Part shown: piece after piece, positions 35,802 to 44,723 of the stretch
Layout: each line of letters starts with the position of its first letter
Position numbering within the stretch: position 1 is the first letter of the stretch
NCBI GenBank assembly: GCA_043751985.1
Contig: JAYUZG010000038.1
Location: forward strand, 1-48,620
Reading direction: 5' to 3'
DNA length: 48,620 nucleotides
Source: Betaproteobacteria bacterium
Lineage (GTDB): Bacteria; Pseudomonadota; Gammaproteobacteria; Burkholderiales; JAYUZG01
Translations under genes and position numbers: made by a program
The notes under the pieces: generated by a model
Seen by the model: only the letters and a program-made list of their open reading frames with translations
Database searches by the model: none
What the model was told of the DNA's origin: nothing

Positions 35802-36143
35802 TCAAAGATCAAATAGTGCATCGATCTTCGCCGCGCAAATAAAATCGTTCTCGGAAATCCCCTTGATTGCATGCGTCATGTAGGCAACTTCACACGTGTT
35901 GTAGCCCAGCGTGATGTCGGGGTGATGATCTTCGCGATGCGAGATCCAGGCGCTGGCATTGACGAACGCAGTGGTCTGGTAATAGTTCTTGAAGCTGAAA
36001 GTTTTGCGCAACACGCCGCCACGATATTCCCAGCCGGGCAGGCCCTTTAGCATCGGCGCGATTTGCTGTTCGGTCATCGGTGCCACTCCGCCTTCGCAGG
36101 GCACACACTTCTTGCGTAGCAGATCCCGCGCGGTGTCGCTCAT
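35802..36143 (-). CDS. phhB: Pterin-4a-carbinolamine dehydratase
   Basis: C.PCEGG, EDHHPD and TH...G.SENDFICAAK motifs. Confidence 0.92.
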   Translation of the reverse strand: MSDTARDLLRKKCVPCEGGVAPMTEQQIAPMLKGLPGWEYRGGVLRKTFSFKNYYQTTAFVNASAWISHREDHHPDITLGYNTCEVAYMTHAIKGISENDFICAAKIDALFDL

Positions 36144-36165
36144 CACGGCCTCCTGAATGTAAACA

Positions 36166-37416
36166 TCATGCTTTCGCGAGCTGCTGCAAGCGCGAAATAC
36201 GCGCGGCGGCGGGCGGATGCGAATCGTAAAAGGCGGAATGCAGCGGGTCGGGCGTCAGCGTCGAAGCATTGTCTTGATACAGCTTGACGAGCGCATGCAC
36301 CAGGTCGCCGGCGTCGGCAAACTTGGCTGCGTATTCGTCCGCTTCGAACTCATGTTTGCGCGAATACATCGCGGCCAGCGGACGAATCAGAAATACGAAC
36401 ACCGGCGCGACGGTAAAAAATAAAGTAAGCGCCATCGCGTCCGTAGCGGGGTACACCACGCCCAGACCTTGATAGAACCACGGCTGATTCTGCACCATTC
36501 CGAGCACCCACAGAAACGCCAGACTGATAGCAAATGTCCATGCCATCCGGCGCAGCACATGGCGCATGCGGAAGTGCCCCAATTCATGTGCGATTACCGC
36601 TTCGATTTCCGGGTGCTCCAGGCGATTTAACAAAGTATCGAAAAACACAATGCGCTTGGCCTTGCCAAAGCCGGTGAAATACGCGTTGCCGTGACTGCTG
36701 CGCGTCGAACCATCCATGACAAACAGGCCCTTCGAGGCGAAACCGCACTTGGCAAGTAACTGTTCGACGCGCTGCTTCAGCGTGCCATCTTCAAGCGGCG
36801 TGAACTTATTAAACAGCGGCGCGATCAGCGTCGGGTAAAAAGCCAACACCGCAGTGTTGAATACAACCCAAAGCAGCCACACATAGAACCACCACGATTC
36901 CCCCATGCGCTGCATTAACCACAGCACCGCGAAGGCGAGCGGCAATCCCAGCGCGGCACCGATCAGCGCCTGCTTCGCCAGGTCTTTGACGAACATGCCG
37001 AGCGTCATCTTGTTGAAGCCAAAGCGCGCCTCAACACGGAAAGTCCGATACAGACTGAACGGCAGATCGATGATGGACAGCAACACGACCAGCAGACCGA
37101 GAAACAACACTTGTTGCAGCAGTCCGTCAGCGGCGATGATGCGAGCGAGCTGATCAATCGCCTGCAATGCGCCACCAAAAGTGAGTGCCACAAGTACCAA
37201 GGCATCGGCAATAAAACTGACGATATTGATTTGCGTCTTGGCCGCGCTGTAGTCGGCTGCCTTGTGATGGGCGTCAATGCCGACAGACGCGGCGAACGCA
37301 GGCGGAACCGCTTCGCGATGTGTACGCATGTAATTTAAGTGGCGCGACGCCAACCACAGGCGCGTGCCAAGCGCGAGCACCAGGGCGGCGAGAAAAAATA
37401 TCGAGAATGTTGGCAT
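36166..37416 (-). CDS. M48 (Ste24-like) zinc metallopeptidase
   Basis: PLFNKF, RSSHGNAYFTG, HELGH, EFEAD and SHP motifs. Confidence 0.93.
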   Translation of the reverse strand: MPTFSIFFLAALVLALGTRLWLASRHLNYMRTHREAVPPAFAASVGIDAHHKAADYSAAKTQINIVSFIADALVLVALTFGGALQAIDQLARIIAADGLLQQVLFLGLLVVLLSIIDLPFSLYRTFRVEARFGFNKMTLGMFVKDLAKQALIGAALGLPLAFAVLWLMQRMGESWWFYVWLLWVVFNTAVLAFYPTLIAPLFNKFTPLEDGTLKQRVEQLLAKCGFASKGLFVMDGSTRSSHGNAYFTGFGKAKRIVFFDTLLNRLEHPEIEAVIAHELGHFRMRHVLRRMAWTFAISLAFLWVLGMVQNQPWFYQGLGVVYPATDAMALTLFFTVAPVFVFLIRPLAAMYSRKHEFEADEYAAKFADAGDLVHALVKLYQDNASTLTPDPLHSAFYDSHPPAAARISRLQQLAKA

Positions 37417-37487
37417 GCCTATTCCGAACTCCAGTGTGTGAGAAAATCACCGCTTCCTAACCGGCGCGCGGTCTATCAGCCTCAATT

Positions 37488-38048
37488 ATGGGACAAGACG
37501 CAAACAATCTCATCTGGATTGACATGGAGATGACCGGACTCGATCCGGATGGCGACCGCATCATCGAAGTCGCGTTGGTGGTAACCAATAGCAAGCTGGA
37601 AACGGTGGCCGAGGCGCCGGTCTTGGTGGTGCACCAAAGCGACCCCGTGCTCGACGGAATGGACTCGTGGAACAAGGGTACCCACAAGCGATCCGGCTTG
37701 ATCGACAAGGTAAAGGCTTCTGCTCTCAATGAGGCAGAAGTGGAAGTTCACATGATTGCGTTTCTCGCTCAACACATCGCTGCGAGCACGTCGCCCATGT
37801 GCGGCAACAGCATCTGCCAGGACCGGCGCTTTCTGGCGCGGCACATGCCCAAGCTGGAAGCGTATTTTCACTATCGCAACCTGGACGTGAGCACGCTCAA
37901 GGAGCTCAGCAAGCGCTGGCGGCCGGACATTTACGCAGGTCTCACCAAGCACGGCAAACACGAAGCGCTGGCGGATATCTACGAGTCGATCGACGAGCTC
38001 AAGTATTACCGCGACAAGTTTCTAAGAGTGAGCGAACACGCCACCTGA
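37488..38048 (+). CDS. orn: Oligoribonuclease
   Basis: [32 protein letters not shown] and H.AL.DI.ESI.EL..Y motifs. Confidence 0.97.
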   Translation: MGQDANNLIWIDMEMTGLDPDGDRIIEVALVVTNSKLETVAEAPVLVVHQSDPVLDGMDSWNKGTHKRSGLIDKVKASALNEAEVEVHMIAFLAQHIAASTSPMCGNSICQDRRFLARHMPKLEAYFHYRNLDVSTLKELSKRWRPDIYAGLTKHGKHEALADIYESIDELKYYRDKFLRVSEHAT

Positions 38049-38181
38049 GCGGCGTTGCCCGAGCGGGCGTGTTTGCCGGGTGCGAGCGGAAGGCGCGTGC
38101 CTGAGTAAATCTCAATTTTCACCGTGGAACGCCGTTATTTTCAAGGCGAGCTTACCTTGCCCGCAAAACTGCGAAACCCTC

Positions 38182-41100
38182 ATGAGTGAATCCGACATGA
38201 CACGAAGTTCCGCGCAGATCATCGATTTCGAGGCGGTGGTTCAGGACATTGCGCTGTTGCGCAAGAGCTTAGACGCGCTGCAGACGACGGACGCCAGTTT
38301 TCGTCAGATGGTGGAAACGGCGCAAGAGGGCATCTGGATACTGGATCGCGAAGGGCGGACCAGCTATGTGAATCGGCGCATGACGCGGCTGCTCGGCTAC
38401 AGCGAAGAGGAGATGCGCGGGCATTTCATGTACGAGTTCATGGACCCGGATGCGGTTACCGAGGCTGGGCGCGGCACCGAGGCAGAGGGGGAGACCGAGC
38501 GGCATGACTTGCGGCTACGGCACAAGAACGGCTCGCCGGTGTGGACGATTTGCTCGACCAGTCCGTTTCGCAACAGCCGCGGCGAGACCGTCGGCGCGCT
38601 GGGAATGTTTACGGATATTAGCGGACGCAAGCAAACCGAAGAAAGACTTGCGCAAAGCGAAGCGCTATCGCGCTCGATCATCAATTCCTTGTCGGCGCGC
38701 ATTGCCGTACTCGATCGCAGCGGGACCATCATCACCGTCAATCGTGGCTGGGAGACTTTCGCGCAACTGAGTGGCGACGCTGAACTCGCGCGCACCGGCC
38801 GCGGGGTGAATTACTTCGAGGTGTTAAGTGGCGCGATCGGCGGTGCTTCCGCGCCGGGCGTGGTGGAGACATTGGCCGGGTTGCAGCGGGTGCTCAATGG
38901 ATCGCTGCCGGAGTTTACCCAAGAGTACGCAGCCGACGGGCCGCAGGGAAGGCGTTGGTTTGAATTGCGTGCGACGCCGATTTCGACCAGCGAGGGCGGC
39001 GCGGTGGTTGCGCATCTGGATGTTACCCGGCGCAAGAAGGCGGAGGAGGCGTTAAAGGCTTCACGCGATTTTCTGGAAATGAAGGTGCGTGAGCGCACCG
39101 CGCGGCTGGATCAGGCAAACGAATATCTCAAAGCCGAGATCAAGGTGCGGCACTACACGGAGGAGCGACTGAAGGAAGCGGTCGAATCTCTCAATCTCGC
39201 GAGCCTGCGCTTGAAGGGAATTATTGAAGGTACGCCGGATCTGATTGCCGCGGTTGATCGCGACTATTGTTTCACCGCGTTTAACAGCGCCTATCAACGA
39301 GAGTTCCGCAAGATTTTCGGCCTGGATATCCAACTCGGAAGTAGTTTGCTGGAGTCGGTGGCGCATGTACCCAAGGATCGCGACGCGTCGCAGTCGATGT
39401 GGGCGCGCGCGCTGGCGGGCGAGGACTTCACCGTGACGGCGGAGTTGGGCGACGCCTTACGTCAGCGTAATCACTACGAGATTACCTTCAGTCCGATTCG
39501 ACGTGACGATGGACACATTGTCGGCGCGTCGCACATTGTGCGCGACGTCAGCGCACGCAAGCTGGCGGAAGCGCAACTGGCCGAGTCGCTGGCGCGCTTT
39601 TCCGGCGCGTTCGACCACGCGCCGATTGGCATGGCGCTGGTATCGACGGCGGGCGTGTTCACCAAAGTAAATCAGGCGCTGAGTGAAATTGTAGGTTTTG
39701 CCGAACTGGATTTGTTGTCCACTAACTTCTCCGATCTGGTTTATCCCGAGGACTTGCAGTCGGCCGCTCCGGCGATTGAGCGCTTGTTGAGCGGCGAAGC
39801 AACCAGCATCCGCATCGAGGCGCGCTGTTTGCACAAAGACGCAACGCTGGTGTGGACGCAATTGTCCGCATCGGCGGTAAACGACGCGAACGGTCGCCCG
39901 CTCTATTTCATCGCACAAGTGCAAGATGTATCGCAATCCAAAGCCGCCGAGCGCATGTTGCGCGATCAAGCGAGCTTTGATTCGCTCACCAAGCTGCCCA
40001 ATCGCAGTCTGTTCTACGATCGGCTCAATCGCTGCGTGCTCAACGCGGAACGAGCTGGGAAGCGTTTCTCGCTGATGTTCGTGGATCTGGACGACTTCAA
40101 AAACATCAACGACACCATGGGTCACGACATGGGCGACAAGTTATTGGTGGCGATTGCGGAAAGGCTACGAGAATGTGTGCGCCGCAATGACACGATCGCG
40201 CGCTTGGGCGGAGATGAATTCACCGTGCTGTTGGAGGACGTGTCGTCAGCGGAGTTGATCGTGCGCACGGCCGAGCGCATCGTAAACGCACTGGCCAAAC
40301 CCGTGGCGCTGGGTGATATCGGCGTGTTCGTGAGTGCCAGCATTGGAATAGCGGTGTATCCGGATGACGGCGCGGATGCGGCGGCGTTACTGAAGTGCGC
40401 CGATCTTGCGATGTATCGCGCCAAGGAACAGGGCAAGTCCAATTACCAGTTTTTTACCAGCGAGTTGCATCTGCGTTCGGCCGAGCGCGTGCGCATCGAA
40501 CTTTTATTGCGCGAGGCGATCGCACGCGATGAATTGACGCTACGTTGGCTGCCGGTGGTGAATCTGCTCAGCGGGCAACTCGTGGGAGTCGAGGCGCTGG
40601 CACGCTGGAATCATTCGGAGTTGGGTGAAGTATCGCCGCAGCGATTCATTCCGTTGGCGGAGGAATCAGGGCTGATCGTATCGCTCGACGCGTGGGTGAT
40701 GGAACAGACGGTATCGCGGCTGGCACAGTGGCGTGGCCAAGGCTACGCTGCCGTGCGCGCCGTCGTCAACGTATCGATGCGCGAATTGCGGCTCCCCGAT
40801 TTTGCCAAACAACTCGGTGCAACACTTGCAAGATACGCAGTTGACCCGGCTGCTCTGGAACTCGATATTCAGGAAGCAGCGCTGCTGGAAGACCTCGAAA
40901 CCGCGGACCGTGCTTTAAGCCAATTGAAAACGATTGGAGTGAGTCTGGCGATTGATGATTTTGGAGCGGGGTTGGCTCCGCTTGCATTGCTTGAGCGATT
41001 GCCGGTGGACCGAGTAAAACTCGACCGCTCGTGTATGACGGCGATTGGCGACGGCGCGGGGCGGCTGGTGTTGGCGCTTCTCAGCGCCGCGCGGAGCATG

Positions 41101-41238
41101 GGCGTTGCCGTGATCGCCGAAGGCGTAGAGCGTGAAGCCCAAGCGCAATGGTTGCGTGAGCACGGATGCGAGGAGGCGCAGGGTTTTCATTTTGGCGCGC
41201 CCGCAACGGACTTGCCACGAATACTCCGCCGCCCATAA
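38182..41238 (+). CDS. Multi-PAS diguanylate cyclase/phosphodiesterase (GGDEF-EAL)
   Basis: Four PAS/PAC repeats, D.LT.LPNR, RLGGDEF, VEALARW, DDFG and AEGVE motifs. Confidence 0.93.
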   Translation: MSESDMTRSSAQIIDFEAVVQDIALLRKSLDALQTTDASFRQMVETAQEGIWILDREGRTSYVNRRMTRLLGYSEEEMRGHFMYEFMDPDAVTEAGRGTEAEGETERHDLRLRHKNGSPVWTICSTSPFRNSRGETVGALGMFTDISGRKQTEERLAQSEALSRSIINSLSARIAVLDRSGTIITVNRGWETFAQLSGDAELARTGRGVNYFEVLSGAIGGASAPGVVETLAGLQRVLNGSLPEFTQEYAADGPQGRRWFELRATPISTSEGGAVVAHLDVTRRKKAEEALKASRDFLEMKVRERTARLDQANEYLKAEIKVRHYTEERLKEAVESLNLASLRLKGIIEGTPDLIAAVDRDYCFTAFNSAYQREFRKIFGLDIQLGSSLLESVAHVPKDRDASQSMWARALAGEDFTVTAELGDALRQRNHYEITFSPIRRDDGHIVGASHIVRDVSARKLAEAQLAESLARFSGAFDHAPIGMALVSTAGVFTKVNQALSEIVGFAELDLLSTNFSDLVYPEDLQSAAPAIERLLSGEATSIRIEARCLHKDATLVWTQLSASAVNDANGRPLYFIAQVQDVSQSKAAERMLRDQASFDSLTKLPNRSLFYDRLNRCVLNAERAGKRFSLMFVDLDDFKNINDTMGHDMGDKLLVAIAERLRECVRRNDTIARLGGDEFTVLLEDVSSAELIVRTAERIVNALAKPVALGDIGVFVSASIGIAVYPDDGADAAALLKCADLAMYRAKEQGKSNYQFFTSELHLRSAERVRIELLLREAIARDELTLRWLPVVNLLSGQLVGVEALARWNHSELGEVSPQRFIPLAEESGLIVSLDAWVMEQTVSRLAQWRGQGYAAVRAVVNVSMRELRLPDFAKQLGATLARYAVDPAALELDIQEAALLEDLETADRALSQLKTIGVSLAIDDFGAGLAPLALLERLPVDRVKLDRSCMTAIGDGAGRLVLALLSAARSMGVAVIAEGVEREAQAQWLREHGCEEAQGFHFGAPATDLPRILRRP

Positions 41239-41268
41239 AAAAACCCTCAGAGACGAAACTCTGAGGGT
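41237..41268 (-). terminator. Intrinsic terminator of the phasin transcript
   Basis: Minus strand reads ACCCTCAGAG-TTTCGT-CTCTGAGGG then TTTTTTT. Confidence 0.85.
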
Positions 41269-41314
41269 CCAGTCACACCAGAGGGGAGGAGGTCCCCGGT
41301 GTGGCTACTGCACT
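41237..41314 (-). ncRNA. Candidate 3'-UTR-derived sRNA with anti-SD loop
   Basis: Hairpin CACACC-GGGG[ACCTCCT]CCCC-TCT-GGTGTG directly before the terminator. Confidence 0.45.
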
Positions 41315-41833
41315 TTAAGCCACTTTCTTCTTGGTGCTGGTTCCAACCGCAACATCAGCCACTTCGACCATTTGCCGGGACGCTTTGGAGATCGCATCAA
41401 ACGCCTGGTTAGCGGCCGCCATGGCCGACTTAGCCATCGCGATGGAGGTCTCGGAGCCGGTCGGGGCGTTCTTCGCGGCTTGATCCAATGCGCCCGCGCA
41501 GGACTTGTTGAACTCGGCGATCTGGGTCTCGATCAGCTTGGTCAGATTGGCGCTGGTCTCGGACATCACGGTATAGAGATTGCGCGTGTAGGTCGCAATA
41601 CGATCGGCAGCGGGCTGGCTGACGCGGCTTTGCAATTCGGTCCACGCCTGCACATCCTTAACGTCGGACAGCGATTTCAATTGCTGGGCAAAATCAGCAA
41701 ACGCGGCTTTAGCGGTTTGTGTTTGCAGGTCGATCAAGCGCTCTGCGCCCGCGACGGTGATCCCAGCGGCGGTCAATACGTTGTCCAACTGGACTTTGCT
41801 GCTAGCAGTAACTTGTTCGGAAACGGTAATCAT
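41315..41833 (-). CDS. phaP: Phasin family protein
   Basis: ERLIDL...TAKA, Y.R.LY and KNAP.GSE...A..KSA..AAN.AFD...KA..Q motifs, typical of betaproteobacterial phasins; AGGAG RBS. Confidence 0.9.
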   Translation of the reverse strand: MITVSEQVTASSKVQLDNVLTAAGITVAGAERLIDLQTQTAKAAFADFAQQLKSLSDVKDVQAWTELQSRVSQPAADRIATYTRNLYTVMSETSANLTKLIETQIAEFNKSCAGALDQAAKNAPTGSETSIAMAKSAMAAANQAFDAISKASRQMVEVADVAVGTSTKKKVA

Positions 41834-41887
41834 GAGGGGCTCCTACGAGGTTATGGGACAAGGTGATAAAGACTACGAAAAACATCG

Positions 41888-41939
41888 GTGCTGCAATGCA
41901 ATGTGGGGCTATCTTGCCGCAACGCAACAATTCCGTCAA
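41888..41939 (-). promoter_or_regulatory. Putative sigma70 promoter of phaP with overlapping PhaR-type TGC-rich boxes
   Basis: Minus strand TTGACG-N17-CAAGAT; boxes GTGCTGCAATGCAAT (41888-41902) and TTGCCGCAACGCAACAA (41914-41930). Confidence 0.55.
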
Positions 41940-42143
41940 GCACTATTTTCGAAAACCCGTTCCGTTTCCAAAATTATTTACTTTTACTTTATAAAACATG
42001 ATATTAAATTTATACCCTGACATTCAAAAACAAGTGACCGAACGCAAACCGAGGTGCCTTACCAGGCAATTGCATTGCGGGGCAGCAGACCCTGCGGTGG
42101 CGCCGCATGGAATTGGGTGGCGGGATCGCTCGGTCACCTGGGC

Positions 42144-43331
42144 TTATAGCCTCTCGAAGACTGCGGCGATTCCTTGCCCGCCACCAATGCACATGGTGAC
42201 CAAGGCATAACGACCACGGATACGCTGCAACTCGTAGAGCGCTTTGATCGTCAGAATGCACCCCGTCGCCCCGATTGGGTGCCCCAACGCCACCGCGCCG
42301 CCGTTGGGATTGGTTTTCGCGGGATCAAATTTAAGGTCTTTGGAAACCGCGCAGGCCTGAGCCGCGAAGGCCTCATTTGATTCGACCACGTCAATATCGC
42401 TGATCTGCAATCCCGCCTTTGCCAGTGCTTTCTGTACTGCGGGAACCGGGCCAATGCCCATGAATTTTGGATCCACTCCGGCATGACCATAGGAAACCAA
42501 GCGCGCGAGTGCTTTCAGACCTTTCTTTTCCGCCGCGGCGCGGTCCGCCAGTACGACTGCGGCCGCGCCATCGTTCAGGCCCGAAGAGTTTCCCGCAGTC
42601 ACTGAGCCGTCTTTTTGAAATACCGCTTTGAGTTTGGCCATGCCTTCGAGCGTGACATCGGCGCGCGGATGCTCGTCGGTATCGAACAGAACGATGCCCT
42701 TCTTGCTCTTAAGTTCAACCGGAAGAATTTGCTCCTTGAAGTAACCCTTCTGTATCGCGTTAACAGCGCGTCGATGGCTTTCCACCGCAAATTCGTCTTG
42801 CTGCGCGCGCGTAATCCCCCATTTACCGGCCACGTTTTCGGCGGTGACTCCCATATGCACCGTGTCAAACGGATCCGTGAGCGCGCCAACCATCATGTCC
42901 ATCATGCCAGCGTCGCCCATACGCGCGCCCCAGCGCGCGGAGGGCAGGCCGTACATGCCACGACTCATCGACTCCGCACCGCCCGCTAACGCTAAGTCGG
43001 TGTCGTCCAGCAGAATCGTCTGCGCGGCGGACACGACTGCCTGCAGCCCGCTCCCGCACAGCCGGTTGAGCGTCAACGCGGGTGTTCCATACGGAATACC
43101 TCCTTTGATCGCCGCAACGCGCGACAGGTACATATCTTTAGGTTCGCCGTGGATCACATTGCCGAACACAACTTGCCCGATTTCCTCAGCCGTCACGCCC
43201 GAGCGCTTCACCGCTTCACGCACTACTTGGGCACCGAGTTCGGTCGGTGGAATGTCTTTCAGACTTCCGCCGTAACCGCCAATTGCGGTGCGTACGCCGC
43301 TCAACACAACAACTTCACGGTTTTGGCTCAT
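42144..43331 (-). CDS. bktB: Acetyl-CoA C-acyltransferase (beta-ketothiolase BktB type)
   Basis: REVVVLSGVRTAIG.YGGSLKD, NRLCGSGLQA, NEAFA, GHPIGATG and MCIGGGQG motifs. Confidence 0.9.
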   Translation of the reverse strand: MSQNREVVVLSGVRTAIGGYGGSLKDIPPTELGAQVVREAVKRSGVTAEEIGQVVFGNVIHGEPKDMYLSRVAAIKGGIPYGTPALTLNRLCGSGLQAVVSAAQTILLDDTDLALAGGAESMSRGMYGLPSARWGARMGDAGMMDMMVGALTDPFDTVHMGVTAENVAGKWGITRAQQDEFAVESHRRAVNAIQKGYFKEQILPVELKSKKGIVLFDTDEHPRADVTLEGMAKLKAVFQKDGSVTAGNSSGLNDGAAAVVLADRAAAEKKGLKALARLVSYGHAGVDPKFMGIGPVPAVQKALAKAGLQISDIDVVESNEAFAAQACAVSKDLKFDPAKTNPNGGAVALGHPIGATGCILTIKALYELQRIRGRYALVTMCIGGGQGIAAVFERL

Positions 43332-43447
43332 GCGATTTACTCCCTTTCTGGAAAAATGGTGACACGGGTTAGGAATTAGGAGTGTAGCTCGACCGGCGTT
43401 GACTGTCGATTATTTTTGCGGCGACGCAGCACGTTCGAATATCAAGC

Positions 43448-43837
43448 TTAGCTTCCGAATGTTCGTGACAGCACGCGCCGATCCCGTTTGGTTGGGCGGC
43501 CTTTTTGCTGCGTTGCGTTGCGCGGCTCGGACTGAAGTTGCCGGGTGATCTCCTCCCTCTGCGCACGGCTTGGGCCCGATTCCGCATACAGCGATTGCGC
43601 TTCCGCGGCTGGGCCACGGCGGTGTGACAGCGCCAGAATTTCAATGTGGTACTCGAACGGGCCCAGCCGGATGCGCAGGTGATCGCCGCTGCGCAACAGC
43701 TTGGCCGGTTTTACTCGTTCGCCATTCCAATGCACCTTGCCGCCGTCGACGGCATGCGCGGCGAGAGATCGCGTCTTGAAGAAGCGCGCGGCCCACAGCC
43801 ACTTGTCGATTCTTATGCGATCCTCGCGCTCGCTCAT
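43448..43837 (-). CDS. hslR: Ribosome-associated heat shock protein Hsp15
   Basis: RIDKWLWAARFFKTRS and GRPTKRDRR motifs. Confidence 0.95.
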   Translation of the reverse strand: MSEREDRIRIDKWLWAARFFKTRSLAAHAVDGGKVHWNGERVKPAKLLRSGDHLRIRLGPFEYHIEILALSHRRGPAAEAQSLYAESGPSRAQREEITRQLQSEPRNATQQKGRPTKRDRRVLSRTFGS

Positions 43838-43853
43838 TGGGGCGAGTTCGAGT

Positions 43854-44723
43854 TCAGTGTCGCGTCGGCGTGACAGAGGTGATCACGTCCGTCGCGAACA
43901 CTTGCTCCGCGTCAACTTGGTCGAACCGATAATGGCGCCCGCAAAACTCGCAATCCACGTCCACGCTGTCGCGCTCAGTCAGGATAGAGCGCACCTCTTC
44001 GTGACCGAGCAATCGCAGCATGGCGGTGACGCGATCGCGCGAGCAGGAGCAGCGAAATGAAACCGGATGCGGCTCGAACACGCGTACCCGCTCCTGATGG
44101 TACAGGCGGCGCAACAGTTGTACTCCGGGCAAAGAGAGCAATTCTTCCCGCGTAATCGTCTCTCCGAGTTTGCTTGCGCGATTCCATGCGTCGGCGTCTT
44201 CAGTCTTGCCGTCAGGCAATTTCTGCAGCATCACGCCGCACGCAACCTCCGCATTGCACGCGAGCCACAACCGTGTTTCCAATTGCTCTGACTGAGCCAT
44301 ATAGTGTTCAAGAACCTGGGCCACAGTGCTGCCCTCGATGCTCACCACGCCCTGATAGGACCGCTTACCGTCTTCCGGAACAATGGCGATGACAAAACGT
44401 CCTGTGCCGAGCAGCTCTGCCAGCCCCATGTCTTCGGGGGTGTCGCGCCACTTTGCGGTGGCGCGCATGGTGTGCGTACTGGTGCACTCCACTACCAGCA
44501 ATTGCACCGGGCCGCTGCCTTGCATTTGCATGATGAGCGAGCCATTGAATTTCAGAGTTGCGGATAACAACGCGGCCGCCGCCATCAGTTCGCCCAGCAT
44601 ATTTTGCAAGACCGGCGGGTACGCGCGCCGTTCCAGCACCGCGCGCCAGGTCGCGGCAAGACGCACCATTTCTCCGCGCAACGGTGCGGTCTCGAACACG
44701 AATCTCTGCAACGAATCGCTCAT
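43854..44723 (-). CDS. hslO: Hsp33 redox-regulated chaperone
   Basis: YQGVV, QSEQLET, CSC and CEFC zinc motifs. Confidence 0.95.
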   Translation of the reverse strand: MSDSLQRFVFETAPLRGEMVRLAATWRAVLERRAYPPVLQNMLGELMAAAALLSATLKFNGSLIMQMQGSGPVQLLVVECTSTHTMRATAKWRDTPEDMGLAELLGTGRFVIAIVPEDGKRSYQGVVSIEGSTVAQVLEHYMAQSEQLETRLWLACNAEVACGVMLQKLPDGKTEDADAWNRASKLGETITREELLSLPGVQLLRRLYHQERVRVFEPHPVSFRCSCSRDRVTAMLRLLGHEEVRSILTERDSVDVDCEFCGRHYRFDQVDAEQVFATDVITSVTPTRH

